A stretch of 35,961 nucleotides of DNA from Allomuricauda sp. (GTDB lineage: Bacteria > Bacteroidota > Bacteroidia > Flavobacteriales > Flavobacteriaceae): assembly GCA_028289745.1 (NCBI GenBank), contig JANQOD010000122.1:1-35961 (forward strand). Direction: 5' to 3'. Positions 9,401-19,227 of the stretch are shown here, in pieces. Positions within the stretch are counted from its first letter, which is position 1; every line of letters begins with the position of its first letter. The notes under the pieces are model-generated. The model was not told the origin of the DNA and searched no databases. It saw only the letters and a list, made by a program, of their open reading frames with translations. The position numbers were made by a program, and so were the translations under genes.

Positions 9401-11800
9401 ATGTTTAAAAACTATTTAAAAATCGCTTGGAGAAACCTTCTGAAGAACAAGGGGTATTCGGCCATCAATATTGGGGGGCTTGCCTTGGGCATGGCCGTTA
9501 CCTTGATCATCGGTCTTTGGATCTATGATGAGCTGACCTACAACAATTATTTCAAGAACAAAGATAAAATTGCCCAAGTTTTTCAATCCCAAACCTTCAA
9601 TGGACGAACAAGCACGGGACCTGCCATACCCTTGCCTTTAGAGCCTGCTTTGCGCGAGGTTTATGGCGACAATTTCAAGCACCTTATGATGTCATCTTGG
9701 ACCCAATCAAGCTATATTGGGTATAAGGAAAATAGCTTGTCCCGGACAGGAAATTATATGCAGTCCAATGCGCCAGATTTATTGAACCTCGAAATCATCA
9801 AAGGCGAAAAAGATGGGCTTCGAGAGATTAATTCCATTATGCTATCCGAATCGCTCGCTTTTGCGTTGTTTGGTAACGAAGATCCCATTGGAAAGGTAGT
9901 AAAAATCAGTAACCAATACGACTTGGCGGTTTCAGCGGTCTATCAAGACATTCCTTTCAATAATACCTTCAATGATACCGACTTTATCATTTCATGGGAC
10001 CATTACGTCGCCACAAGGGATTGGATTCAGGAATCATTGGACAATTGGGGCAATAATTCTTTTCAATTGTTCGTGCAGATTACCGACAATGCCACCTTTG
10101 ATAAGGTAACCAACACCATCATCGATGTCAAAAAGGATGCTAATGAAGATATTGCGGAATTCGACCCGAGAATATTCTTGCTCCCTATGGAAGATTGGTA
10201 TTTACGAAACAATTTTGAACAAGGCAAACAGGTTGGAGGGCGCATAAAATACGTTTGGTTGTTTGGAATCATCGGTGCCTTTGTACTGCTTTTGGCCTGC
10301 ATCAATTTCATGAACCTGAGCACCGCGCGTTCTGAAAAAAGGGCCAAAGAGGTGGGCATTAGAAAATCAATCGGTTCTCAAAAAGGGCAATTGGTCTATC
10401 AATTTTTGAGTGAATCTTTTTTGGTAGTGCTTTTTGCCTTTGTTGTTGCACTGGCCATTGTACTGTTGTCTTTGAACGGATTCAATGAATTGGCGCGAAA
10501 AGAAATCGCCTTTCCTTGGGAAAACATCAGATTCTGGTCGATTTCCGTTGTATTTATTCTTTTTACGGCGCTGTTGGCCGGCAGTTATCCTGCATTGTAC
10601 CTGTCTTCCTTTAGACCCGTTGACGTCTTAAAGGGAACTTTCAGAACTGGGAAATACTCGGGGCTTCCAAGGAAAATTCTGGTCGTTCTCCAGTTTACGG
10701 TTTCTGTTGCCTTTATTATCGGAACGGTCATCGTCATGCAACAGATCAACCATGCCAAAAACAGGCCCATCGGTTATGATAAGGAAGGCTTAATTCAGAT
10801 ACCCACTTGGTCTGTTGATTTTGTGGGCAAGACCGACCTCATGCGAGAGCAATTCCTGAAGTCTGGAGCGGCCGTGGCAATGGCTACATCAAGCAGCCCG
10901 ACCACGCGCATTTGGTCTAACAGAAGCGGGTACACCTGGGAGGGAAAACCCGATGGCTTCCAGGAAGATTTCGCGTGGACCGAAGTCTCACCTGAATATG
11001 CCAGCACACTTGATCTCAAAGTGGTTCAGGGAAGGGACTTTTCAAGGGAAATCGCTTCTGATTCTTTGGGAATACTCATCAACGAAACGGCGGTTGAATA
11101 TATGGGGGTAAAAAATCCTGTGGGCATGCTCATTCGAGATTCAGATGAAGAAGACCCCGGCCCGACCATGAAAATCATTGGCGTCGTCGAAGACATGATC
11201 GCCCAATCACCCTATGAGCCCGTTAAACAGGCTTGGTATGTTTATGATCGATACGAAAACTTTAGCTATTACAATCTACGGCTCAACCCCAATCAGAGTG
11301 CCAGTCAAAACCTGGCCGTCATCGAACGGGTGTTCAAAGAAAATTTCCCGGCCATCCCGTTCCAATATGATTTTGTCGATGATGAATACGCCGAAAAATT
11401 TGCGGCAGAACAACGAATAGGGACACTCTCTGGCATTTTTACCGCTTTGGCGATCCTTATCAGTTGTTTGGGCCTTTTCGGATTGACCTCTTTTGTCGCC
11501 GAACAGCGCACCAAGGAAATTGGGGTGCGAAAAGTATTGGGGGCCACTATTTTCAATGTGTGGAACATGCTCTCAAAAGACTTTTTGAAACTGGTCATCA
11601 TCTCATGTTTCATTGCTGTGCCCATAGCCTATTATGTCATGAACGGTTGGCTGCAAGAGTATCCGTACAGGGTCATTTTGAAGTGGTGGATCTTCGTTTT
11701 GGCCATGTTGGGCGCCTTGGGCATTACGGTACTTACAGTAAGTTTTCAGGCCATCCGTGCCGCAAAACAGAATCCGGTGAAAAGTTTGCGCACCGAATAA
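9401..11800 (+). CDS. ABC transporter permease, MacB/FtsX family (paralog 5, 799 aa)
   Basis: MFKNYLKIAWRNL start; same motif set; ends NPVKSLRTE. Confidence 0.93.
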   Translation: MFKNYLKIAWRNLLKNKGYSAINIGGLALGMAVTLIIGLWIYDELTYNNYFKNKDKIAQVFQSQTFNGRTSTGPAIPLPLEPALREVYGDNFKHLMMSSWTQSSYIGYKENSLSRTGNYMQSNAPDLLNLEIIKGEKDGLREINSIMLSESLAFALFGNEDPIGKVVKISNQYDLAVSAVYQDIPFNNTFNDTDFIISWDHYVATRDWIQESLDNWGNNSFQLFVQITDNATFDKVTNTIIDVKKDANEDIAEFDPRIFLLPMEDWYLRNNFEQGKQVGGRIKYVWLFGIIGAFVLLLACINFMNLSTARSEKRAKEVGIRKSIGSQKGQLVYQFLSESFLVVLFAFVVALAIVLLSLNGFNELARKEIAFPWENIRFWSISVVFILFTALLAGSYPALYLSSFRPVDVLKGTFRTGKYSGLPRKILVVLQFTVSVAFIIGTVIVMQQINHAKNRPIGYDKEGLIQIPTWSVDFVGKTDLMREQFLKSGAAVAMATSSSPTTRIWSNRSGYTWEGKPDGFQEDFAWTEVSPEYASTLDLKVVQGRDFSREIASDSLGILINETAVEYMGVKNPVGMLIRDSDEEDPGPTMKIIGVVEDMIAQSPYEPVKQAWYVYDRYENFSYYNLRLNPNQSASQNLAVIERVFKENFPAIPFQYDFVDDEYAEKFAAEQRIGTLSGIFTALAILISCLGLFGLTSFVAEQRTKEIGVRKVLGATIFNVWNMLSKDFLKLVIISCFIAVPIAYYVMNGWLQEYPYRVILKWWIFVLAMLGALGITVLTVSFQAIRAAKQNPVKSLRTE

Positions 11801-11817
11801 ACAAAAACCGAGCAGTC

Positions 11818-14214
11818 ATGTTAAAGAACTATTTAAAAATCGCTTGGCGCAATTTATGGAAGAACAGAATTTACTCGGTCATCAATGTAAGTGGGCTGGC
11901 CATTGGCATGGCCGTGGCCTTGATGATCGGGTTGTGGGTGGTAGATGAATTGACCCATGACCACTATTTTACGAGTCGAGACCAGATTGCCCAAGTTTAT
12001 CAGAACAGAACAAGAAATGGAAGTATAAATACTGGAAATGCCGTATCCAGACCTTTGGAGTTTGTGCTCAGGGAACAATATGCAAATCATTTCAAGCATA
12101 TAGTAATGGCGTCATGGGAATGGAAACAAAGCCTGGCATATGATGACAAAATCATTTCCCGTATGGGGAATTATATGCAGGCCGGCATCACCGATATGTT
12201 GGACCTAAAAATGGTGAACGGCCAGAAAAATGGCCTGCAAGATATCGATGGCATTATGTTGGACAAATCAACTTCCCAAGCTCTTTTTGGGTCTGAAGAC
12301 CCCATAGGAAAGGTTGTCAGGGTAAATAACGAAATTGATGCGACCGTGACCGGGGTGTATGATGATATACCCTTTAACAATTCGTTCCATGGTCTCCAAT
12401 TTTTGATGCCCTGGGAAAGGTACGTGGCCTGGCGTGAATGGGTCTCGGAGGCCAGGGATAATTGGAACAACAACTCATTTCAGATGCTGGTACAGATTGC
12501 TGACAACATAGAGATGGACGAGGTTACCACTATAATCAAAGACGTCAAGAAAGACCAACTCCCCGAGGCCCAAAGCAATCCACAACTCTTCCTTTTTCCA
12601 ATGAAAGATTGGTATCTGCGCAATAACTTTGAGGAAGGTCGCCAAGTAGGTGGTCGTATTACCTATGTTAAGCTATTTGGTTTTGTAGGCGTTTTGGTGT
12701 TGGTGCTGGCCTGTATCAATTTTGTGAACCTCAGCACGGCACGGTCTGAAAAAAGGGCAAAAGAGGTAGGGCTTAGAAAAACGATAGGCTCAAATCGAAG
12801 CCACTTGGTGCATCAATTTCTTGGAGAATCCTTTTTGGTGACCCTATTGGCCTTCTTTTTTGCAGTTATCTTGGTGCTGCTCTTCTTGAATGGCTTTAAC
12901 CAACTGTCTGGGAAGGAAATACAATTCCCTTGGAAAAGCCCATTATTCTGGATGGCTTCAATGCTCTTTATATGTATTACGGCATTGCTATCGGGAAGCT
13001 ATCCGGCATTGTACCTATCTTCCTTTAGGCCCATAGAAGCCTTGAAGGGCACATTTAAGGTAGGGCGGTTTTCGGTTCTTCCCAGAAAAGTGTTGGTAGT
13101 ACTTCAGTTTTCGGCATCGGCGGCATTTATCATCGGTACCCTGGTGGTATTGCAACAGATTCATTTTGTAAAGAACAGGCCTGTTGGCTATGATAAGGAG
13201 GGGCTCATACAAATTCCTGCCGCGGGACGGGAGTTTTCAGAAAAAAGAGAACTGATTCGAAGAGAGTTCCTAGCGTCGGGTGCCATAACGGAAATGTCAA
13301 CCTCTAGTGCCCCTACCACTGAAGTCTGGTCAAATGCAGGCAACTATACCTGGGATGGGAAACCAGACGATTTTCAAGTAAGTCTGGCTTGGACTCTTGT
13401 ATCTCCAGAATATGCCAAGTCGCTTGGTTTAAAGGTAATCATGGGAAGAGACTTTTCAAGAAAATTTCCAACAGATTCCAATGCCGTTCTTATCAATAAG
13501 GCGGCAATGAAATACATGGGCTTTTCCGATCCGATTGGCAAATACCTAAGAAATTCGGATACTGAGAGCCCCGATCCCCCTTTAAAAATCATCGGAGTGG
13601 TCGAAGATATGATCGTACAATCTCCTTTTGAACCGGTAAGACAAGGGGTTTATGTATTCGACAAATATGGCATAACCAATTTTTTCAATCTTCGGCTAAA
13701 TTCACAAAAAAGTACAGAGGAAAACCTTGTAAGCATAGAGAATGTGTTTAAGGAGCACTTTCCAAAAGTCCCATTCGACTTCCAGTTTGTTGACAACCAA
13801 TATGCGGTCAAATTCCAATCAGAGGAGCGTGTGGCGAGTTTGGCCAGTATTTTTACGGTCCTGGCAATTTTTATAAGCTGCCTGGGGCTCTTTGGGCTTA
13901 CCGCTTTTGTCGCCGAACGGCGTACCAAAGAAATTGGGGTTCGAAAAGTATTGGGGGCATCGGTATTTGGCCTATGGAGAATGCTTTCCAAAGACTTTTT
14001 GTCCCTGGTTCTCATTGCATGCACGGTCGCTATACCCGTAGCATTTTATATAATGAAAGGATGGTTGCAAAATTATACCTATAGAATCGACTTGTCATGG
14101 GTCATATTTGCGGCGGCCATTTTCGGAGCCCTGTTTATCACCGTCGTTACGGTAAGTTTTCAGGCCATAAAGGCCGCCAATACCAATCCGGTAAAGAGTT
14201 TGCGAACCGAATAA
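11818..14214 (+). CDS. ABC transporter permease, MacB/FtsX family (paralog 6, 798 aa)
   Basis: Start moved to ATG 11818 (MLKNYLKIAWRNL), because the upstream extension overlaps paralog 5. Closest relative of paralog 5. Confidence 0.93.
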   Translation: MLKNYLKIAWRNLWKNRIYSVINVSGLAIGMAVALMIGLWVVDELTHDHYFTSRDQIAQVYQNRTRNGSINTGNAVSRPLEFVLREQYANHFKHIVMASWEWKQSLAYDDKIISRMGNYMQAGITDMLDLKMVNGQKNGLQDIDGIMLDKSTSQALFGSEDPIGKVVRVNNEIDATVTGVYDDIPFNNSFHGLQFLMPWERYVAWREWVSEARDNWNNNSFQMLVQIADNIEMDEVTTIIKDVKKDQLPEAQSNPQLFLFPMKDWYLRNNFEEGRQVGGRITYVKLFGFVGVLVLVLACINFVNLSTARSEKRAKEVGLRKTIGSNRSHLVHQFLGESFLVTLLAFFFAVILVLLFLNGFNQLSGKEIQFPWKSPLFWMASMLFICITALLSGSYPALYLSSFRPIEALKGTFKVGRFSVLPRKVLVVLQFSASAAFIIGTLVVLQQIHFVKNRPVGYDKEGLIQIPAAGREFSEKRELIRREFLASGAITEMSTSSAPTTEVWSNAGNYTWDGKPDDFQVSLAWTLVSPEYAKSLGLKVIMGRDFSRKFPTDSNAVLINKAAMKYMGFSDPIGKYLRNSDTESPDPPLKIIGVVEDMIVQSPFEPVRQGVYVFDKYGITNFFNLRLNSQKSTEENLVSIENVFKEHFPKVPFDFQFVDNQYAVKFQSEERVASLASIFTVLAIFISCLGLFGLTAFVAERRTKEIGVRKVLGASVFGLWRMLSKDFLSLVLIACTVAIPVAFYIMKGWLQNYTYRIDLSWVIFAAAIFGALFITVVTVSFQAIKAANTNPVKSLRTE

Positions 14215-14217
14215 ATA

Positions 14218-14297
14218 GTGCTTTTGGCTACGTCTGTCTGCCGACAAGACAGGCTCAACCAACAAAATAGAAGATGTCTGGGCGTAGCCGAAGGCAC
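14218..14297. repeat. Composite REP-like hairpin, copy 1
   Basis: GTGCTTTTGGCTACG (14218-14232) pairs with CGTAGCCGAAGGCAC (14283-14297): 15 bp with 2 G-U pairs. Inner stem TCTGTCT/AGACAGG (14233-14253). Homologous to 16699-16772. Confidence 0.75.
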
Positions 14298-14312
14298 ACA
14301 GAACGAACACTT

Positions 14313-16694
14313 ATGATACGAAACTATTTCAAAATCGCATGGCGGAATCTCGCCAAAAGAAAAGTATTTACGGCCATTAATGTTTTAGGGCTGGCAATAG
14401 GCATCACCTGTGCTGGGCTGATATTGCTTTGGGTCGAAGATGAAATGAGCTTTGACAATGTGTTTCCCAAGCAAGATACGGTATATTACGTGCCTACAAA
14501 CCAAACATTTGAGAACGAGATTTATACCTTTTATTCCACCCCTGGCCCCCTGGCCGAGGACTTAAAGGATGAAATCCCCGAAATCATCAAGTCGGCGACA
14601 ACTTGGAGCGGAGAGATTTTGCTGACCCAAGGGGATACGCGGATCAACAGATGGGGAAGGTTTGTCCAACCTGATTTTGTCGATATTTTTAGCCTTCGCT
14701 TTGTAGAAGGAAATGCCCAAAAAGCACTAATTGCGCCAGATGCCATTGTCTTGACCCAAAAAACGGCCCATGCCCTTTTTGGCAAAGAAGTCCGAGCACT
14801 TGACCAAATGGTGCAGATCAACAATAAACACACCTTTACGGTAACCGGGGTCGTAGAAGACTTGCCACGAAACGTAACCTTTGGATTTGGGTGGTTGCTG
14901 CCATTAAAAAGTTTCGGGTTTGGGGAAGAAGATATGTCATGGACAAAGGAATACGGCAACAACTTTGCAGACACTTTTGTTGAACTGGCCCCCGAAGCAG
15001 ATTTTGCCCAGGTTGACGCGAAGGTAAGGGCAATGATCCCTTCCAAAATGAAAAAAAGCGACAATACCTCAAACACCTATGCTTTTTTGCATGCTATCAA
15101 GAACTGGCATTTGCGTTCTGATTTCAAGGATGGGAAAATAGTGGGGGGCCAAATAAAATCGGTTCGGTTAATGGCACTGATCGCCTTTATCATCCTTTTA
15201 ATTGCCTGCATCAATTTTATGAACCTGAGCACGGCACAGAGCGAAAAAAGGGGTAAGGAAGTTGGGGTGCGAAAAGTGTTGGGATCCAATAAAAAAAGGT
15301 TGGTAGGCCAGTTTCTGATCGAAGCCCTCATTATTGCCGGTCTGGCGTCTGTCTTAAGTGTCTTCGCCATAATGATAGCATTGCCCTTTTTTAACTCACT
15401 TATTGAAAAAGAACTTGATTTTAACTTTTTTGAGCCCTTACATCTATTTTCTCTTTTGGGCATTACATTGCTCTGTGGGCTTTTGGCAGGATGGTACCCC
15501 TCACTTTACCTATCCTCCTTTAGACCCGTACAAATCCTTAAGGGAGTTCGAAGAAATCAAGGGGGTGCGGCCTTAATGCGCAAGGGCCTTGTGATTACCC
15601 AATTTACGATTTCGGTGGTCTTTATTATAAGCACCATCATTGTCTATCAACAGATACGACACAGCAAAGTAAGGGATTTGGGGTACGATAAGGAAAATTT
15701 GATCAATATGCCTGTGACCGGAGATATGATCAAAAACTTCATCCCTATAAAACAGGCCTTAATTGCTTCTGGACAGGTCGAAGACGTTGCCCTTATCAAT
15801 ACACTTGTGCTTTCAAGTGGAGATAACGGATCAGGGCTAACTTGGCAAGGGGGAGCGAACACCAAAGATGTACTGGTTCGGTTTCGATACATCAGTCCCG
15901 GTTTTTTTGAAACGGTAGGTCTAAAGGTGCTCGAAGGTCATGGCTTTAATGAAAATATGGCTGCAGATAGCACTAATACCATCATTACCCAATCGTTTGC
16001 CAAATTAATGGGCAAAGGAAGTGCCGTAGGGAAAACCATCAATAGGCATGGCTCCATCTATCATGTGATAGGGGTAGTAGATGACTACCGATACGGAAAT
16101 ATGTACAGCAATGAACATCCTGGCCCGGTCATGTTCTTTAACCATCCCGATTGGGCGAGGCAACTTTATATCAAAGCAAGGCCAGATGTGTCCATGGCGG
16201 AAATCATTCCCAGTGTTAAAAAGATAATGGAAAAATATAACCCCGCATTTCCCTTTGAATACCGATTTGAAGATGATCTGTTCAACAACAGGTTTAAGGG
16301 CGAAGAGTTGTTGGGCGATTTGTCAAGGGTTTTTTCTGTATTGGCCATTTGTATCGCCTGCTTGGGTCTTTTCGGGTTGGCAGCCTTTATGGCCGAACAG
16401 CGAAAAAAGGAAGTTGGCGTACGAAAAGTATTGGGGGCGACCGCTTTGGGAATTGTCCAAATGTTGTCTACAGATTATTTGAAACTAGTGGTTGTGGCTT
16501 TGGCCATGGCCTTTCCAATAGCCTATTGGATCATGTCAAATTGGCTAGAAAAATTTGCCTACCGCATTGATGTGGGCTGGACAGTTTTTGCAATGGCCGG
16601 AACAATTGCCATAGGAATTGCACTATGTACCGTTAGTTTTCAGGCCATACGAGCAGCCAATGTGAATCCGGTAAAGAGTTTGCGAACTGAATAA
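14313..16694 (+). CDS. ABC transporter permease, MacB/FtsX family (paralog 7, 793 aa)
   Basis: Start moved to ATG 14313 (MIRNYFKIAWRNL); same motif set; ends NPVKSLRTE. Confidence 0.93.
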   Translation: MIRNYFKIAWRNLAKRKVFTAINVLGLAIGITCAGLILLWVEDEMSFDNVFPKQDTVYYVPTNQTFENEIYTFYSTPGPLAEDLKDEIPEIIKSATTWSGEILLTQGDTRINRWGRFVQPDFVDIFSLRFVEGNAQKALIAPDAIVLTQKTAHALFGKEVRALDQMVQINNKHTFTVTGVVEDLPRNVTFGFGWLLPLKSFGFGEEDMSWTKEYGNNFADTFVELAPEADFAQVDAKVRAMIPSKMKKSDNTSNTYAFLHAIKNWHLRSDFKDGKIVGGQIKSVRLMALIAFIILLIACINFMNLSTAQSEKRGKEVGVRKVLGSNKKRLVGQFLIEALIIAGLASVLSVFAIMIALPFFNSLIEKELDFNFFEPLHLFSLLGITLLCGLLAGWYPSLYLSSFRPVQILKGVRRNQGGAALMRKGLVITQFTISVVFIISTIIVYQQIRHSKVRDLGYDKENLINMPVTGDMIKNFIPIKQALIASGQVEDVALINTLVLSSGDNGSGLTWQGGANTKDVLVRFRYISPGFFETVGLKVLEGHGFNENMAADSTNTIITQSFAKLMGKGSAVGKTINRHGSIYHVIGVVDDYRYGNMYSNEHPGPVMFFNHPDWARQLYIKARPDVSMAEIIPSVKKIMEKYNPAFPFEYRFEDDLFNNRFKGEELLGDLSRVFSVLAICIACLGLFGLAAFMAEQRKKEVGVRKVLGATALGIVQMLSTDYLKLVVVALAMAFPIAYWIMSNWLEKFAYRIDVGWTVFAMAGTIAIGIALCTVSFQAIRAANVNPVKSLRTE

Positions 16695-16698
16695 ACAA

Positions 16699-16794
16699 TG
16701 TTTTTGGGCACGCCTGTCTGACGACAAGGCGGGCTAACCGTCAAAGAAGATGACCGAGCGTGGTCAAAGCACTTGTGCTGAGCCCATCGAAGCA
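16699..16794. repeat. Composite REP-like hairpin, copy 2 (degenerate, with an extra REP-like half)
   Basis: Aligns with 14218-14297 (TTTTGG..ACG.CTGTCTG.CGACAAG.C.GGCT.AACC...AGAAGATG...GCGT.G.C.AAG.CAC). Followed by GTGCTGAGCCCATCGAAGCA (16775-16794). Confidence 0.7.
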
Positions 16795-16810
16795 TCAAAA
16801 ATTAAACCTC

Positions 16811-19192
16811 ATGATAAAACAAAATCTGAAACTGTTCTTTAGGAATATAAAGCGAAACAAAGGAACATTTCTTATCAATACCCTGGGCCTTGGGGTCGGT
16901 ATTGCTTCGTTCTTGATCTTGGCTATCTATGTCTATAACGATTTGACCTACAACCATTTCAACACCAACCTCTCAAACATCTACAGAATTCAAGAAGTAT
17001 ATGGAGATGGTACGGGCACGGCGACCAAAGGGCTCTTACTGCCGCAAATAAGGCAAGAAATTCCGGAGGTCGTCAACGGAACCCGAATTTTTGATTGGGA
17101 TGGCTATCGATTGAGTCACGGCGACAAGGCCTTTTTAGAGAACGTCTATTATGTAGATACTGGGTTCTTTTCAGTCTTTAGCTTTCCTTTTGCGGCAGGT
17201 AATCCCAAAAATGTGCTGAACGAAAAATACAGTGCCGTGATAAGCAAGCCGTTTGCCTTGAAATATTTTGGCGCGTCCCCTGCCCTTGGCAAACAATTGC
17301 AAGTAGGTTTTGAAGACATATTCTTGACCGTTACAGGGGTCGTGGACATACCAGAAAATTCATCGGTAAAGTTTGATATTGTCACTTCGTATGAAAGCGG
17401 AGAAAGCATTTCACCCTGGGTCAAAGACGTACATGACTGGTACAACACGTTTTCAGAAACCTATGTTGTGCTCCAAGAGGGAATTGCCCCTTCGGCCATT
17501 CAAAAAAAGCTTAAGAGTATTGTCAAAGAGAATTTTCTTCCGGTGGGCGAAAACAACACGACCATTCATCTATTGCCCTTTTCCGACTACCACGCCGCAG
17601 AAGAATCCAATCAGACCTTGATTGTTATTTTGGTCATTATCGCCCTGGGAATAATAAGCATCGCCATTGTCAATTTTATCAATCTGACCATTGTAAATGC
17701 GTTGTCAAGAACCCGTGAAATTGGGGTCAAAAAAGTTCATGGGGCGTCAAAAAAACATGTTTCCCAACAGATTATGGTCGAGTCTTTTGTCATAGGCCTT
17801 ATCGCACTACTGCTTGGTATCTTGCTTTTGCTCACCTTCTTGCTTCCCTCCTTTAATTCCCTTTTCGGAATGAACTTGAACCTACAATCGTTCAACCCTT
17901 ATTTTCTAGGGGCATTACTTCTGGGCATCTGGATTTTTGTAGGGCTGTTTTCGAGCATAGTACCATCATTGCTTTGGTCGCAGAGCAAACTGGTCGAAAA
18001 CCTTCAAGGAAAATTTTCGTCGAAAGGCAAGCCGGGCTTTTCAAAATACTCATCCGTGATCATTCAATTTGTAATCGCCATCGTTTTGATATCGGGAACC
18101 ATTTTCGTTAGGAAGCAGATTGATTTCATGCTCAAAAAAAATCCAAAGTTTGACAATGAAAATGTCATAGTGGCCGAAACCGATTTTTGGAAACACAACG
18201 ATATTGACCTCGCATCGGGCAAACTTGGGGTGATATCCGAAGAGTTGGCGCAAAGCCCGTTTGTTGCCTCGGTAAATTTTACGGGAAGCATTCCGGGCGA
18301 CTACGATGAAAATTACAACACCTTTTATCCCATGGGTAAAAGCGCCCTTCCAAACATTAGCCTAAGAAAATCGTATGTGGGCAAAGACTATTTCAAAACA
18401 ATGGGCATATCGATTTTGAGCGGGCATGGATTTGACAAAGAACCTACCGCACTCAAAAACACGGTGGTTTTGAACAAAACGGCCATGGATCGACTGGGCT
18501 TCACTATTGCAGAGGGTCAAATCTTGGTAGAGGGAAGAGAAGGCGGAACACAATTTCGTGTGGTCGGGGCGATCGATGATTTTAGCTATCAAGGGGTTCA
18601 GCGTGCCACCGAGCCGTTGGCACACTTTTTTGTGGAACAGGAAACCCTGATGAATTGGGATTACCTGACCGTACGCTCACAAAAGGGCGCGGTTTTACAA
18701 GTCATCGATCTTTTAGAGGACAAGTGGCAAGAACTGCTTCCTGAAACGGGATTGTCCTATTTTTTTGCCGACGAAAAGTTGAACGTTTATTACAAAGAAT
18801 ATGAGCGGGTGAATACCTTGGTCATGTGGTTTTCACTGCTGGCCATAGCACTATCGTGCATGGGGTTGTTCGCCTTGGCGTCATACACCATGGCCCGACG
18901 AACCAAAGAAATTGGCATTAGAAAGGTAAACGGTGCCACCGTTGCCCAAATTCTTTCACTATTGAACAAAGACTTTATCAAATGGGTGGCCATTGCTTTT
19001 GTGATCGCGGTTCCAATTTCGTGGTATGCCATGACCAAATGGCTAGAGGGTTTTGCCCATAAGACCACTATAGATTGGCAGGGATTTGCCTTAACGGGAA
19101 CCATTGTCTTGGTCATAACACTGGTAACGGTCAGTTGGCAAAGTTTTAGTGCCGCAAACGGCAATCCCGTCGATGCACTAAAAGACGAATAA
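16811..19192 (+). CDS. ABC transporter permease, MacB/FtsX family (paralog 8, 793 aa, most divergent)
   Basis: ATG 16811 (MIKQNLKLFFRN); RTREIGVKKVHG and RRTKEIGIRKVNG motifs; ends NPVDALKDE. Confidence 0.92.
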   Translation: MIKQNLKLFFRNIKRNKGTFLINTLGLGVGIASFLILAIYVYNDLTYNHFNTNLSNIYRIQEVYGDGTGTATKGLLLPQIRQEIPEVVNGTRIFDWDGYRLSHGDKAFLENVYYVDTGFFSVFSFPFAAGNPKNVLNEKYSAVISKPFALKYFGASPALGKQLQVGFEDIFLTVTGVVDIPENSSVKFDIVTSYESGESISPWVKDVHDWYNTFSETYVVLQEGIAPSAIQKKLKSIVKENFLPVGENNTTIHLLPFSDYHAAEESNQTLIVILVIIALGIISIAIVNFINLTIVNALSRTREIGVKKVHGASKKHVSQQIMVESFVIGLIALLLGILLLLTFLLPSFNSLFGMNLNLQSFNPYFLGALLLGIWIFVGLFSSIVPSLLWSQSKLVENLQGKFSSKGKPGFSKYSSVIIQFVIAIVLISGTIFVRKQIDFMLKKNPKFDNENVIVAETDFWKHNDIDLASGKLGVISEELAQSPFVASVNFTGSIPGDYDENYNTFYPMGKSALPNISLRKSYVGKDYFKTMGISILSGHGFDKEPTALKNTVVLNKTAMDRLGFTIAEGQILVEGREGGTQFRVVGAIDDFSYQGVQRATEPLAHFFVEQETLMNWDYLTVRSQKGAVLQVIDLLEDKWQELLPETGLSYFFADEKLNVYYKEYERVNTLVMWFSLLAIALSCMGLFALASYTMARRTKEIGIRKVNGATVAQILSLLNKDFIKWVAIAFVIAVPISWYAMTKWLEGFAHKTTIDWQGFALTGTIVLVITLVTVSWQSFSAANGNPVDALKDE

Positions 19193-19227
19193 AAAAATTG
19201 GCCGATTAAAAACAAAAACGAACCATC

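Noticed and set aside
11464-11817. Long stop-free upstream extension of paralog 6 (similarly 1857-2057 and 29059-29124), suggesting overlap or frameshift fusion
   Set aside because: The extensions are shadow frames of the preceding gene. The shared M(F/L)KN..KIA N-terminus fixes the real starts, and I saw no convincing slippery site with a stimulatory structure.
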